Shown here piece after piece: positions 1 to 11,087 of a stretch of DNA of 64,000 nt (positions are counted from its first letter, which is position 1; the number at the start of each line of letters is the position of its first letter). The notes below the pieces were generated by a model that was given only the letters and a program-made list of their open reading frames with translations, was not told where the DNA came from and made no database searches. The position numbers and the translations under genes are program-made. The stretch lies in NCBI RefSeq assembly GCF_058153355.1, contig NZ_CM177019.1, one strand, 5' to 3'.

Positions 1-791
1 TCAGGAACTGCACCGCTTCACGTACTTCAACCGCGTTACCGGCACTGGAGGCCAGCACCTGATTCATGTCGGTGAGTAGCGCGGTGGTGCGCACGCCAGC
101 GCCGTTAGCCACGCCAACAATCGCTTCGGCAAGGGCTTCAGAGAGTTCGTAGGTCGGCATAAATGCACCGCTACCGACTTTCACGTCCATCACCAGTGCA
201 TCCAGACCTTCCGCCAGTTTCTTCGCCAGGATCGAGGCAGTGATCAGCGGGATGGAATCCACGGTTGCGGTAATATCGCGGGTCGCATAGAAACGTTTAT
301 CCGCCGGAGCCAGTGAACTGGTCTGGCCAATAATCGCCACGCCGACGTCTTTAATAATTTCGCGGAAACGGTTGTCATCTGGGAAGATGTCGAAGCCAGG
401 GATGGATTCCAGTTTGTCGAGCGTACCACCAGTATGGCCGAGGCCGCGACCGGAGATCATCGGAATATAGCCGCCGCAGGCAGCGACCATTGGCCCCAAC
501 ATCAGCGAAGTCACATCGCCGACGCCGCCGGTCGAGTGTTTATCAACAATCGGGCCATTCAGATGCAGGCTTTTCCAGTCGAGAACGGTTCCTGAATCTC
601 GCATCGCCATCGTCAGCGAGACACGCTCCGGCATTGTCATATCGTGGAAGAAAATGGTCATCGCGAGGGCGGCAATCTGCCCTTCGGAGATAGTGTTGTC
701 GCGAATGCCGTTGATAAAGAAGCGAATTTCTTCATCGCTCAGCGCATGACCATCACGTTTTTTACGAATAATTTCTTGTGCGAGAAACAAG
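1..791 (-). CDS. deoA: thymidine phosphorylase, N-terminal ~263 codons (3' end lies before window start)
   Basis: Minus-strand translation from a TTG at 789-791 reads [24 protein letters not shown]..., and bases 1-200 translate to ...[45 protein letters not shown], both matching DeoA as remembered. Sits directly downstream of deoC as in the deoCABD operon. Confidence 0.9.
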
Positions 792-957
792 GTAACCTCC
801 CGTGGAATAAGTTTGAAGGCGTTGTTGCCAGATGGCGGATGTTGTTATTGCCTGATGCGATGCTGACGCATCTTACAAGGCCTACACGGCACTCGACCCG
901 TAGGCCGGATAAGGCGTTCGCGCCGCATCCGGAATCCACCCTCTGGCAAAAGGCAGC

Positions 958-1737
958 TTAGTAGCTGCTGGCGCTCTTACCGTCGCCGTGGCCCAGCGCT
1001 TTCAGCAGGCTTGCCAGCAGGCTGGAAGCACCAAAGCGGTAGTGACGCGCATCTGCCCAGTCAGCACCGAACAGTTCATCTGCAATCGCGAGATATTTCT
1101 GCGCATCTTCCGCAGTACGCACGCCGCCCGCCGGTTTGAAACCAACGGTTTTCTCTACGCCCATATCACGGATCACTTCCATCATGATGCGCGCGCTTTC
1201 CGGCGTCGCGTTCACTGCTACTTTACCGGTAGAGGTTTTGATGAAATCAGCACCCGCTTTGATGGAGATTTCAGACGCTTTGCGGATCAGCGCTTCGTCT
1301 TTCAGTTCGCCGGTTTCAATAATCACTTTCAGCAGTACGTTCGCTGCTGCGCAAGCCTCTTTACAGGCTTTCACCAGATCAAAACCAACCTGCTCGTTAC
1401 CCGCCATCAGCGCACGGTACGGGAACACCACATCAACTTCATCGGCACCGTAGGCGATTGCCGCGCGGGTTTCGGCCAGCGCGATTTCGATATCGTCGTT
1501 ACCGTGTGGGAAGTTGGTTACCGTAGCGATACGGATTTCCGGGGTACCCTGCTCTTTCAGCGTTTTGCGAGCAATCGGGATAAAGCGAGGATAGATACAG
1601 ATAGCGGCGGTATTACCTACCGGAGTTTTGGCCTGATGACACAGGGCGATCACTTTCTCGTCGGTATCGTCGTCATTCAGGGTGGTCAGGTCCATCAATT
1701 TCAGTGCACGCAGGCTGCTTGCTTTCAGATCAGTCAT
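958..1737 (-). CDS. deoC: deoxyribose-phosphate aldolase
   Basis: ORF 958..1761; internal ATG at 1735-1737 gives the 259-aa DeoC sequence ([35 protein letters not shown]...). Confidence 0.95.
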
Positions 1738-1781
1738 TTCATTCTCCTGGCTTGTCGCCAATAAAATTCACCTTGCGAGTT

Positions 1782-1797
1782 TGTTAGTATTCTAACA
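1782..1797. promoter_or_regulatory. DeoR operator-like 16-bp palindrome TGTTAGTATTCTAACA (deoP2 region)
   Basis: Near-perfect match to the DeoR operator consensus TGTTAGAA/TTCTAACA, 45 bp upstream of the deoC start. Confidence 0.7.
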
Positions 1798-1995
1798 TCG
1801 ACTCCGCAACACACTTCGATATACATCACAATTAAGGAAATCTACTTACAAAATTGCATTACTGTAATGCGATCTGGTTCAAATAATTCACTTTCAAATG
1901 AATGCGTCAGTGGTGGCAAACGCATCAGGATCAAAGTGAACATCACGAAACTTCTTACAATGGCGCATCACCTTCGGCATAAAAAGGAACAGAAG

Positions 1996-3546
1996 ATGCC
2001 CACTTCTCATGAAAATGCACTGCAACAACGTTGCCAGCAAATTGTCACCAGTCCGGTACTTAGCCCGGAGCAGAAGCGCCATTTTCTGGCGCTGGAAGCA
2101 GAAAACAATCTGCCTTACCCACAGCTTCCTGCCGAAGCCCGCCGCGCGCTGGATGAAGGTGTAATCTGCGATATGTTTGAAGGTCATGCGCCGTATAAAC
2201 CGCGCTATGTCTTACCCGATTACGCCCGTTTTTTGGCCAACGGTTCCGAATGGCTGGAGCTGGAAGGCGCAAAAGATCTTGATGACGCACTCTCTCTGCT
2301 GACCATTCTTTACCACCACGTTCCTTCGGTCACATCGATGCCGGTCTACCTGGGGCAACTGGATGCGTTGTTGCAACCGTATGTTAGAATTCTAACACAA
2401 AACGAGATCGATATTCGAATAAAACGTTTCTGGCGTTACCTCGACAGAACCCTGCCAGACGCCTTTATGCACGCCAATATTGGCCCATCTGATTCACCCA
2501 TTACCCGTGCGATTTTACGCGCAGACGCAGAGCTGAAGCAGGTTTCACCGAACCTGACTTTTATCTACGATCCTGAAATCACCCCTGATGACCTGCTGCT
2601 GGAAGTGGCGAAAAACATCTGTGAATGTAGCAAACCGCACATCGCCAACGGTCCCGTGCATGATAAAATTTTCACAAAAGGGGGCTACGGGATTGTGAGC
2701 TGTTACAACTCACTGCCGTTAGCGGGTGGTGGCAGTACGCTGGTACGCCTTAACCTGAAAGCCATTGCCGAGCGCAGTGAATCGCTGGATGATTTCTTTA
2801 CGCGCACTCTACCGCACTACTGCCAGCAGCAAATCGCCATCATCGATGCGCGGTGTGAATTCCTCTATCAACAATCACACTTCTTTGAGAATAGCTTCCT
2901 GGTGAAAGAAGGGCTGATTAACCCTGAACGTTTTGTGCCAATGTTTGGCATGTACGGACTGGCAGAAGCGGTTAACTTGTTGTGTGAGAAAGAAGGAATT
3001 GCCGCACGTTACGGTAAAGAAGCCGCTGCGAATGAAGTGGGTTATCGCATTAGCGCGCAACTGGCGGAGTTTGTCGCCAATACCCCCGTGAAATATGGCT
3101 GGCAAAATCGCGCCATGCTACACGCACAGTCGGGGATAAGTTCCGATATCGGCACCACGCCGGGCGCGCGTTTGCCGTATGGCGATGAGCCAGATCCGAT
3201 CACCCATCTGCAAACTGTCGCCCCGCATCATGCTTATTATTATTCCGGCATCAGCGACATTTTGACGCTCGACGAAACCATCAAACGTAATCCGCAGGCG
3301 CTGGTACAGCTTTGCCTCGGTGCCTTTAAAGCCGGAATGCGTGAATTTACCGCCAATGTCAGCGGTAACGATCTGGTTCGCGTTACCGGTTATATGGTGC
3401 GTTTGTCGGATTTAGAAAAATATCGTGCCGAAGGTTCACGTACCAATACCACCTGGCTGGGAGAAGAAGCCGCACGCAACACTCGTATTCTGGAACGCCA
3501 GCCGCGCGTGATAAGCCATGAACAGCAGATGCGCTTTAGTCAGTAA
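1996..3546 (+). CDS. yjjI: glycyl-radical-enzyme-like protein YjjI
   Basis: ORF 1867..3546; start at the [15 protein letters not shown] Met gives 516 aa as remembered for YjjI; followed by an overlapping radical-SAM activase gene. Confidence 0.85.
   Translation: MPTSHENALQQRCQQIVTSPVLSPEQKRHFLALEAENNLPYPQLPAEARRALDEGVICDMFEGHAPYKPRYVLPDYARFLANGSEWLELEGAKDLDDALSLLTILYHHVPSVTSMPVYLGQLDALLQPYVRILTQNEIDIRIKRFWRYLDRTLPDAFMHANIGPSDSPITRAILRADAELKQVSPNLTFIYDPEITPDDLLLEVAKNICECSKPHIANGPVHDKIFTKGGYGIVSCYNSLPLAGGGSTLVRLNLKAIAERSESLDDFFTRTLPHYCQQQIAIIDARCEFLYQQSHFFENSFLVKEGLINPERFVPMFGMYGLAEAVNLLCEKEGIAARYGKEAAANEVGYRISAQLAEFVANTPVKYGWQNRAMLHAQSGISSDIGTTPGARLPYGDEPDPITHLQTVAPHHAYYYSGISDILTLDETIKRNPQALVQLCLGAFKAGMREFTANVSGNDLVRVTGYMVRLSDLEKYRAEGSRTNTTWLGEEAARNTRILERQPRVISHEQQMRFSQ
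2382..2397. promoter_or_regulatory. DeoR operator-like perfect palindrome TGTTAGAATTCTAACA (deoP1 region)
   Basis: Perfect 16-bp palindrome exactly 600 bp from the 1782..1797 site, matching the known ~599 bp spacing of deo O1/O2; lies inside the yjjI reading frame. Confidence 0.7.
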
Positions 3547-4381
3547 GATTATCCCCTTCTCCTGCGTTGACGGGCCAGGCAGTCGTCTGGCTCTGTTTTT
3601 ACAGGGCTGTAATCTGCGCTGCAAAAACTGTCACAATCCGTGGACAATGGGGCGCTGTAATGATTGCGGGGAGTGCGTGCCACAGTGTCCGCATCAGGCG
3701 TTGCAGATTGTTAACAGCAAAGTAGTGTGGAACGCAGCCGTCTGCGAGCAGTGTGATACCTGCCTGAAGATGTGTCCACAACACGCTACGCCGATGGCGC
3801 AATCCATGAACGTGGACGAGGTGCTTAGTCACGTCCGCAAAGCGGTGCTGTTTATTGAAGGGATAACGGTAAGCGGCGGTGAAGCCACGACCCAGTTGCC
3901 GTTTGTGGTGGCGCTGTTTACTGCTATCAAAAATGATCCACAACTGTGTCATCTCACCTGTCTGGTGGACAGTAACGGCATGTTGAGCGAAACCGGCTGG
4001 GAAAAATTACTCCCAGTGTGCGACGGCGCGATGCTCGACCTCAAAGCGTGGGGTGGCGCGTGTCATCAACAGCTAACCGGACGCGATAATCAGCAGATCA
4101 AGCGCAGCATTAGTCTGCTTGCCGAGCGCGGCAAACTGGCAGAACTGCGTTTGCTGGTAATCCCAGGCCACGTGGATTATTTGCAGCATATCGATGAGCT
4201 GGCGGCGTTTATCAAGGGACTTGGCGATGTTCCGGTACGCCTGAACGCGTTTCATGCCCACGGCGTGTATGGCGAGGCGCAAAGCTGGGCGAGCGCCACG
4301 CCGCAAGACGTTGAGCAATTGGCTGATGCGTTACGGGAGCGCGGGGTGAGCCGGTTGATATTTCCGGCGCTGTATTTGTGA
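3518..4381 (+). CDS. yjjW: glycyl-radical enzyme activating protein (radical SAM, ferredoxin-like Cys clusters)
   Basis: 287-aa ORF with CxxxCxxC-type and multiple CxxC clusters; overlaps the yjjI stop; K-12 synteny. Confidence 0.85.
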   Translation: MNSRCALVSKIIPFSCVDGPGSRLALFLQGCNLRCKNCHNPWTMGRCNDCGECVPQCPHQALQIVNSKVVWNAAVCEQCDTCLKMCPQHATPMAQSMNVDEVLSHVRKAVLFIEGITVSGGEATTQLPFVVALFTAIKNDPQLCHLTCLVDSNGMLSETGWEKLLPVCDGAMLDLKAWGGACHQQLTGRDNQQIKRSISLLAERGKLAELRLLVIPGHVDYLQHIDELAAFIKGLGDVPVRLNAFHAHGVYGEAQSWASATPQDVEQLADALRERGVSRLIFPALYL

Positions 4382-4382
4382 C

Positions 4383-4510
4383 ATGCCGGATGTGGCCTAC
4401 GGTTCGGCACAGACCTGTAGGCATGATAAGACGCGTCAGCGTCGCATCAGGCATTGTGCGCCAACTGCCGGATGCGGCGTGAACGCCTTATCCGGCCTAC
4501 GAAGGGCAGA
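4383..4510. repeat. BIME: two REP palindromic units in the yjjW/yjjV convergent intergenic region
   Basis: Contains GCCGGATGCGGCGTGAACGCCTTATCCGGCCTAC (4467..4500) and a GATAAGACGCGTCAGCGTCGCATCAGGC unit, both canonical E. coli REP sequences. Confidence 0.85.
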
Positions 4511-5293
4511 CTACCCACGAACGTTAAACACCGCATACGTGTTATTAAGCAACACTTCGGCAATCTCATCCGCGGGTTCCGGGCGTAACTCGCACAGCAC
4601 GGCAAACACACGGGCGGCCTGTTCAGGGCGATTAGGCTGCCCCTGAAAACCATTGAGCGGCATATCTGGTGCGTCGGTCTCCAGCAACAACGATGCCAGC
4701 GGCAGCTTTGCGATGACATCGCGGGTTTTACTGGCGCGTGGATAGGTGATAGTACCGCCTACGCCAATTTTGTAGCCCAGCTGCACAAACCGTTCGGCCT
4801 GTTGCAGGCTGCCAGAAAAACCATGAACCACACCAGTGCGTGGCAAATTTTGGCGTTTAAGATGCATCGCCAGTTTGTCGTGCGTGCGCCGTGAATGAAG
4901 GATCACCGGCAGATCGTAGCGTTTCGCCAGTTTCAGTTGTTCATCAAGCAACCACTGCTGCCTCTCAAATTGCGGATCGTCACCAAAGAGATCCAGGCCG
5001 ATCTCCCCCACCGCCACCACCTTCGTCGGACGTCTTCCCAACGCCTGCTGTAACTGATCCAGCGATGCATCGTTATGTTTTTCCAACATCCCCGGATGCA
5101 ACCCTAAAGCGGCATACAGCGGTTGATAATTTTCCGCTAACGCCTGCACGCGGGCAAAATTTGCCGCCTCGGTGGCCGGAACAATGATCTTGCCTACGCC
5201 CGCTTGTGCCGCGCGTTGCAGGCTGGCCTCTTCATCGCCACTAAACGGCGGGAAATCAAAATGGCAGTGGGTGTCGATAAAACGGCAAATCAA
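4511..5293 (-). CDS. yjjV: TatD-family metal-dependent DNase/hydrolase
   Basis: 260-aa ORF (MICRFIDTHCHFDFPPF...), TatD-like HxH motif at the N-terminus; K-12 synteny. Confidence 0.85.
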   Translation of the reverse strand: MICRFIDTHCHFDFPPFSGDEEASLQRAAQAGVGKIIVPATEAANFARVQALAENYQPLYAALGLHPGMLEKHNDASLDQLQQALGRRPTKVVAVGEIGLDLFGDDPQFERQQWLLDEQLKLAKRYDLPVILHSRRTHDKLAMHLKRQNLPRTGVVHGFSGSLQQAERFVQLGYKIGVGGTITYPRASKTRDVIAKLPLASLLLETDAPDMPLNGFQGQPNRPEQAARVFAVLCELRPEPADEIAEVLLNNTYAVFNVRG

Positions 5294-6363
5294 GCCAAAT
5301 CCTCATTGTTAAATGTCGGGTCGTTCGCCTGTGGAGCGTCTATCACCTCGGTAACCAGCGTATCGTTGGCGACGGGTGCAGGCGGAATAACGATCGACTC
5401 CGGCGTCACCACCGGCACCAGATGGCGGCTCAGCGGCGCTTTTTCAGTCAATAACTTACCGACCGTTGCCAGAAAATAACGCCCGCATAAACGCCCAAGT
5501 TTATAGTCTTCACGCAGCGCCGGAATCCGACTGCCGAGCGCGATACTATGTAATGGCTTCGGCGGATAAATTTCGAATATCCTCAACTGGCCCGGTGGTT
5601 TCTCAATAAATTGCTGAATCTCACGATAGCTGGTTTCATGATGCTGCACCAGATTGACCAGCGGCTGCAGGCTACTGTCACCCAGCCAGCGTTCCATGCG
5701 TTTGAACCACTGCGGCGTGTAGTACATTTGTGACGGCACAGTGCGGATGACGACTAACGTTTTTGCGCCCTGCCTTGCTGCCTCTTTAACCGGGATCGCA
5801 TCACTGATCCCGCCATCCAGGTAATTAATGCCTTCCAGCGACACTCCGCTACGATAAAAGCCCGGTATCGCACTGGAGGCGCGAATCACATCCAGCCAGT
5901 TCTGTTTGTTTGGCAAAAAGTAATTCGGCGCATAGTCATCCTGACGACAAGCGCACATATAAAACGATTTGCCGCTGTCAAATAGCCGCGCTGCGGTGTC
6001 CATTTGCAACGGCATCTGGCTTGCGGTGGCCTCCACCAGCCAGTCGAGATCGATAAGATTTCCTCCACGGACAAAGCGCAATGGATCGAAAAATTCGCGT
6101 TTTGTGGTATAGCGCATGATGACTTTGCGCGCGTAACCGGGCTGATTGCAGATATACGCCGAGAGGTTCTGCGCCCCGGCAGATGTGCCGAGATAAAGAT
6201 CGAAAGGATTAAACTGCGCGCGCATAAACTCATCCAGCACGCCAGCTGTGAAAATTCCACGCTGTCCGCCGCCTTCGCACACCAGAGCAATCCGTCCAGG
6301 CTGGAACGGCCTTAGCGACAACGGCGCAATATTACCAAGCGTTACAGGTATTCGCTGCCCCAC
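5290..6363 (-). CDS. yjjU: patatin-like phospholipase
   Basis: ORF 5290..6399; GxGxxG (CEGGGQRGIFTAGVL) and GTSAG serine motif typical of patatin family; start trimmed to the GTG giving ~357 aa. Confidence 0.8.
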   Translation of the reverse strand: MGQRIPVTLGNIAPLSLRPFQPGRIALVCEGGGQRGIFTAGVLDEFMRAQFNPFDLYLGTSAGAQNLSAYICNQPGYARKVIMRYTTKREFFDPLRFVRGGNLIDLDWLVEATASQMPLQMDTAARLFDSGKSFYMCACRQDDYAPNYFLPNKQNWLDVIRASSAIPGFYRSGVSLEGINYLDGGISDAIPVKEAARQGAKTLVVIRTVPSQMYYTPQWFKRMERWLGDSSLQPLVNLVQHHETSYREIQQFIEKPPGQLRIFEIYPPKPLHSIALGSRIPALREDYKLGRLCGRYFLATVGKLLTEKAPLSRHLVPVVTPESIVIPPAPVANDTLVTEVIDAPQANDPTFNNEDLA

Positions 6364-6484
6364 CTCTGCCTTCCTGTTTTTGTTGTGAAAGAATGACAAA
6401 GTAACGCAATTTATTATTCGCTAAAACCACAAAAGCCAGTCCGTTGGACTGGCTTTGGATAAAATTTTCTTAATGGTCTGAAAT

Positions 6485-6646
6485 CTAGGGTCGTTTTCGG
6501 CCCATGAACAAACTCACCAGGAACAGAATAATCCCGACGACAAAGACAATTTTAGCTGCGCCTGCAGCAGTACCGGCCAGACCACCAAACCCAAGTGCGG
6601 CGGCAATTAACGCGATAACCAGAAATATGATGCCCCAACGAAACAT
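6485..6646 (-). CDS. ytjA: small membrane protein (UPF0391)
   Basis: ORF 6485..6676; internal start [22 protein letters not shown] gives the 53-aa hydrophobic protein expected between yjjU and osmY. Confidence 0.7.
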
Positions 6647-6772
6647 AAGCGTCTCCTTTACCATAGTTAATGTCACCGCTTGATATGAGCGTGAAAATCA
6701 CTCAATGCGATATTTTTAGTGTGGTGCACATCGCGCCTCCCGACAAAGTTCGGGAGGTCGAATTACGACGAA

Positions 6773-7378
6773 TTACTTAGTTTTCAGATCATTTTTAACG
6801 CTTTTCACACCATCTACCGCTTTGGCGATACTTTCAGCACGGTCGCTCTGTGCCTGAGAATCTACGGTACCGGAGAGCTGAACCACACCATCGGTGGTTT
6901 CAACTTTCACTTTACGTGAAGGGACGATATCGTCCGCCAGCAGCTTGGCTTTGATTTCACTGGTGGTGGCGGTGTCACCCGCGTAGCCCTTCACAGAGCC
7001 TTCTTTAGCGTCGCGAACGTGCAGTTTGTCGCTGACAGAGGTCACGCCTTCAACGCCTTTCGCCACTTTCACTGCCTCTTCGGCCTGGGCCTGGCTTTCA
7101 ACGAAACCGCTCAGGGTCACGACTTTTTGATCGGTTTTGACAGAGATATCGGTGCTCTTGATGTTGTCATGATCCACCAGGGCCGCCTTCACTTTCGCGG
7201 TGATAGCGCTGTCATCCATGAAATTACCGACTTTATTCATAGAGCTATCGACTTTTTGCCCTGCACTTTCATTGGTTGTCTGCGCGTTGTTTTCTGCGTA
7301 GGCAGAGCCGGTCGCGACGGCAGAGGTCAACATTACAGCCAGCAGAGTTTTCGAAATCTTCAGTCTTGTCATAGTCAT
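6773..7378 (-). CDS. osmY: osmotically inducible periplasmic protein OsmY (two BON domains)
   Basis: ORF 6773..7456; start at [28 protein letters not shown] (signal peptide) gives 201 aa. Confidence 0.9.
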   Translation of the reverse strand: MTMTRLKISKTLLAVMLTSAVATGSAYAENNAQTTNESAGQKVDSSMNKVGNFMDDSAITAKVKAALVDHDNIKSTDISVKTDQKVVTLSGFVESQAQAEEAVKVAKGVEGVTSVSDKLHVRDAKEGSVKGYAGDTATTSEIKAKLLADDIVPSRKVKVETTDGVVQLSGTVDSQAQSDRAESIAKAVDGVKSVKNDLKTK

Positions 7379-7770
7379 CGATTTATTCCTGTATGTTTGC
7401 TCGTAATTTGAGCCTGGCAACACGAGGTTGCATTGCTGAATAGGGAGAGGCTTCACCCTCTACAGAAGTCAATGGTCGCTATCACAAAAGCGATGGCTGA
7501 TGAATAACGACCATTACAGCCTCTGAATCAGTTATTAATATCGGTAGAATGACAATCGACGGCTTTAGATACTGATATCTACGCATTGAACGGTATTTAA
7601 CGCCGTCAGAAATGTCATTACTTTGTTAAATATAGATCACAATTTTGAAACCGCTCGGGATATCCCCTAAAACATAAGCAAAAGTGAATGTTTTAAGAAC
7701 ATTCCGTAAGCGGCTAATAAGGAAGGGAAATTGACAGGGCGCAGCGGCTACCGCGCCCTGGAGGCAAGAA

Positions 7771-9357
7771 TTAATGCTCGCGAGTCTGGTGGAACTGAAC
7801 GTCCGGATAACGTTCCTGCGCCAGGCGCAGGTTGACCATGCTGGTAGCGATGTAAGCGAGGTTATCGCCGCCATCAAGCGCCAGTTGGCTTTCGTTCTTA
7901 CGCTTGAACTCTTCGAATTTCTTCGCGTCCGCACATTCTACCCAGCGTGCAGTGGCAACGTTGACTGACTCATACACTGCTTCAACGTTGTATTCGCTCT
8001 TCAGGCGCGCTACCACCACATCAAACTGCAGCACACCAACCGCACCAACGATCAGGTCGTTGTTGGAGATCGGACGGAACACCTGCACCGCGCCCTCTTC
8101 GGAAAGCTGTACCAGCCCTTTGAGCAGCTGTTTTTGCTTCAGCGGATCTTTCAGGCGGATACGACGGAACAGTTCCGGCGCAAAGTTCGGAATACCGGTG
8201 AACTTCATCATCTCCCCCTGGGTAAAGGTGTCGCCGATCTGAATAGTGCCGTGGTTGTGCAGACCAAGGATGTCGCCCGGATACGCTTCCTCAACATGCG
8301 AACGGTCGCCCGCCATAAAGGTCAGCGCGTCGGAGATCACCACATCTTTCGCGGTGCGCACCTGGCGCAGCTTCATGCCTTTTTCATATTTACCGGATAC
8401 CACGCGCATAAACGCCACGCGGTCGCGGTGTTTCGGGTCCATGTTGGCCTGAATTTTAAATACGAAGCCGGTAAATTTATCTTCGCTCGCCTCTACGGTA
8501 CGGGTATCAGTCTGACGCGGCATCGGCGCAGGTGCCCACTCTACCAGGCCATCCAGCATATGATCGACGCCGAAGTTACCCAGCGCAGTACCAAAGAACA
8601 CTGGAGTAATTTCGCCCGCAAGGAACAATTCTTTGTCGAACTCGTTAGACGCGCCTTTCACCAGTTCCAGTTCGTCACGCAGCTGCTGTGCCAGATCTTC
8701 ACCAACCGCAGCATCGAGATCCGGGTTATTCAGCCCTTTAACAATACGGACTTCCTGAATGGTGTGACCTTTACCGCTCTGATAGAGATAGGTTTCGTCT
8801 TTATAAAGGTGGTAAACGCCTTTAAACAGCTTGCCGCAGCCAATCGGCCAGGTGATCGGCGCACAGCCGATTTTCAGCTCGTTCTCAACTTCATCGAGCA
8901 GCTCCATCGGGTCGCGGATATCACGGTCAAGTTTGTTCATAAAGGTGAGGATCGGCGTGTCGCGCAGACGGGTAACTTCCATCAGCTTGCGGGTACGATC
9001 TTCAACACCTTTTGCGGCGTCGATAACCATCAGGCAGCAGTCCACCGCCGTCAGAGTACGATAGGTATCTTCCGAGAAGTCTTCGTGCCCCGGGGTGTCG
9101 AGCAGGTTAACCAGGCAGTCGTGATACGGAAACTGCATCACAGACGTAGTAATGGAGATCCCACGCTGCTTTTCCATCTCCATCCAGTCCGACTTAGCGT
9201 GCTGGTTGGAACCACGGCCTTTTACTGTACCGGCAGTCTGAATGGCCTGTCCGAACAGCAGCACCTTCTCGGTGATGGTCGTTTTACCGGCGTCCGGGTG
9301 AGAAATAATTGCAAAGGTTCTTCTTTTCGCTACCTCTGCGGCCAAAAGGCTTGTCAT
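7771..9357 (-). CDS. prfC: peptide chain release factor 3 (hybrid: first ~16-21 codons supplied by the prophage)
   Basis: GTPase motifs [20 protein letters not shown] and NKLD; start ATG at 9355-9357 reads [15 protein letters not shown], whereas the displaced host version [16 protein letters not shown] is found at 48839..48913. Confidence 0.9.
9296..9309. repeat. prophage attL core (14-bp identity ATTATTTCTCACCC on the prfC coding strand)
   Basis: Identical 14-mer at 48848..48861; flanking prfC-homologous sequence diverges on one side and phage/host sequence on the other. Confidence 0.7.
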
Positions 9358-9374
9358 AATTGTTGTCTCTTTGA

Positions 9375-9395
9375 TTATGTACAATCATATGTACA
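9375..9395. repeat. integrase arm-type site cluster (TTATGTACAATCATATGTACA)
   Basis: 20/21 identical to 48664..48684; further (A/T)TGTACA copies nearby on both arms; both lie inside the prophage ends. Confidence 0.55.
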
Positions 9396-9517
9396 AAGAA
9401 AAATTCATGCCGCTGATTGTACATTTTGGAGGTATCAGAGCATAGCAGAACATGATCAGTAGGTGTATTTGTAGCCAAAGAACATTTGTATATGCAGCAA
9501 TCTTTGCTCTATTGACA

Positions 9518-9533
9518 CTGTTTATTCATACAG
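9518..9533. promoter_or_regulatory. LexA (SOS) box CTGT-N8-ACAG overlapping a TTGACA -35 element upstream of the dinI-like gene
   Basis: CTGTTTATTCATACAG immediately after TTGACA (9512..9517); a weaker second copy at 9546..9561. Confidence 0.55.
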
Positions 9534-9577
9534 TTAAAAATAATACTGTATAAAAACGCAGTAGAGAGGGGTTTTTT

Positions 9578-9826
9578 ATGCGTATTGAGATCTGCATAGC
9601 CAAAGAGAAAATGACTAAAATGCCAAACGGTGCTGTGGATGCGTTAAAGGAAGAATTAACTCGGCGCATCAGTAAGCGTTATGACGATGTAGAAGTGATC
9701 GTAAAAGCCACCAGCAATGATGGGCTTTCTGTTACACGCACCGCAGATAAGGATTCTGCAAAAACATTTGTTCAGGAGACTCTGAAAGATACCTGGGAGT
9801 CTGCTGACGAGTGGTTTGTTCACTAA
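9578..9826 (+). CDS. DinI-family damage-inducible protein (prophage-encoded)
   Basis: 82-aa [13 protein letters not shown]...[16 protein letters not shown] resembling DinI (conserved C-terminal TWESADxWFV); SD GAGAGGGG upstream. Confidence 0.8.
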   Translation: MRIEICIAKEKMTKMPNGAVDALKEELTRRISKRYDDVEVIVKATSNDGLSVTRTADKDSAKTFVQETLKDTWESADEWFVH

Positions 9827-9856
9827 TTAACACGTAAAATCTGTAACGGCTGGAAA

Positions 9857-10060
9857 TCATTCAATACTCGCACTATCGAAAGTTCGCCAGCCAACCGCAG
9901 CACGTTCTTGCATACGACGTGTCTGCGGTTTTATATAATCCCAGCCGGTCCAGTTTCCAGACAACCAGCGTGTCACCTGCCGATAATGTCCTGTCAACGC
10001 ATTACGTTGTAGATCGATTTTCTGGTCATTTGTTGATACGCAAACATAGCCAATAAGCAT
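9857..10060 (-). pseudogene. Gin/Pin/Hin-family serine DNA invertase, degraded remnant
   Basis: N-terminus MLIGYVCVSTNDQKIDLQRNAL matches the invertase catalytic N-terminus, then the frame breaks; a second frame encodes GDTLVVWKLDRLG (a Gin motif); only ~200 bp of a ~580 bp gene remains. Confidence 0.8.
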
Positions 10061-10126
10061 GGTAGCTCCCTCTGACAAAAGCAGGAATGATGCCATTTAC
10101 TCGTTATTTCTGCATTTTCATAAACA

Positions 10127-10148
10127 TTGGTTTACAGGAAGCGGTAAA
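10127..10148. repeat. gix-like recombination site (right), TTGGTTTACAGGAAGCGGTAAA
   Basis: Inverted repeat of 13182..13203 (21/22 bp); contains the GGTTTACAGGAA half-site characteristic of Gin/Cin/Pin crossover sites. Confidence 0.75.
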
Positions 10149-11085
10149 TCAGGCTTCTGGCGCATTACAGAAAAACCAGAACGGTGCAGATATTCCAGGA
10201 AAAGATACCTTCACCAAAAATATTGGTGCCTGTCGCGCATATAGCGCATGGGTGGATATTGGTGGCGATAGTCAGGTCTGGACAACTGCGCAATTTATTT
10301 CGTGGCTGGAGAGTCAGGGAGCATTTAACCATCCTTACTGGATGTGCAAAGGCTCATGGGCTTATGCAAATAATAAGGTCATTACAGATACAGGTTGCGG
10401 AAATATTTGTCTTGCAGGTGCTGTGGTGGAAGTTATTGGCACCCGCGGCGCAATGACCATACGCGTTACCACGCCGGGCACGTCCAGCGGCGGCGGAATC
10501 ACTAACGCTCAATTCACTTATATTAATCATGGTGATGCTTACGCTCCTGGCTGGCGACGAGACTACAACACGAAAAACCAGCAGCCTGCATTTGCTTTAG
10601 GGCAAACAGGAAATACCGTCGGAAACGACAAAGCCGTTGGCTGGAACTGGAATAGCGGGGTCTATAACGCAAATATTGGTGGCGCAACAACATTAATCCT
10701 CCACTTCAATATGAATACGGGGAGTTGCCCTGCCGTACAGTTCCGTGTGAATTACAGGAACGGCGGTATTTTTTATCGTTCAGCGCGTGATGGTTATGGA
10801 TTTGAGGCTGGCTGGTCAGAGTTTTACACCACAACACGCAAGCCATCAGCGAGAGATGTTGGCGCATATACGCAGGCAGAATGTAACTCAAGGTTTATTA
10901 CAGGTATTCGCCTTGGTGGTCTGTCATCTGTTCAGACATGGAATGGTCCCGGCTGGTCTGACAGGTCAGGTTATGTTGTTACCGGTTCCGTTAACTCAAA
11001 CAGAGATGAACTAATTGATACAACTCAGGCAAGGCCAGTTCAGTATTGCATTAATGGGACGTGGTATAACGCGGGGAGTATTTAA
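10149..11085 (+). CDS. alternative (currently silent) tail-fibre C-terminal cassette, no own start codon
   Basis: Begins at the gix site with GLQEAVNQ, homologous to GLQETVNR in the expressed fibre; ends ...RPVQYCINGTWYNAGSI like the expressed fibre C-terminus. Confidence 0.7.
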
Positions 11086-11087
11086 CG

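Noticed and set aside
988-1764. 258-aa plus-strand ORF and nested 1136..1453 ORF
   Set aside because: Entirely antisense to deoC, whose identity is unambiguous; a shadow ORF in a GC-rich gene.
4891-5187. Proline-rich 98-aa plus-strand ORF
   Set aside because: Antisense to yjjV; low-complexity translation of GC-rich sequence.
9375-9395. 21-bp TGTACA repeat initially taken as the att core
   Set aside because: The true junctions are marked by duplicated prfC 5' sequence (core ATTATTTCTCACCC at 9296..9309 and 48848..48861); the 21-bp repeats lie inside the prophage on both arms and are better explained as arm-type Int binding sites.
8134-9462. 442-aa plus-strand ORF
   Set aside because: Antisense to prfC (clear GTPase motifs on the minus strand); no independent start or SD context.
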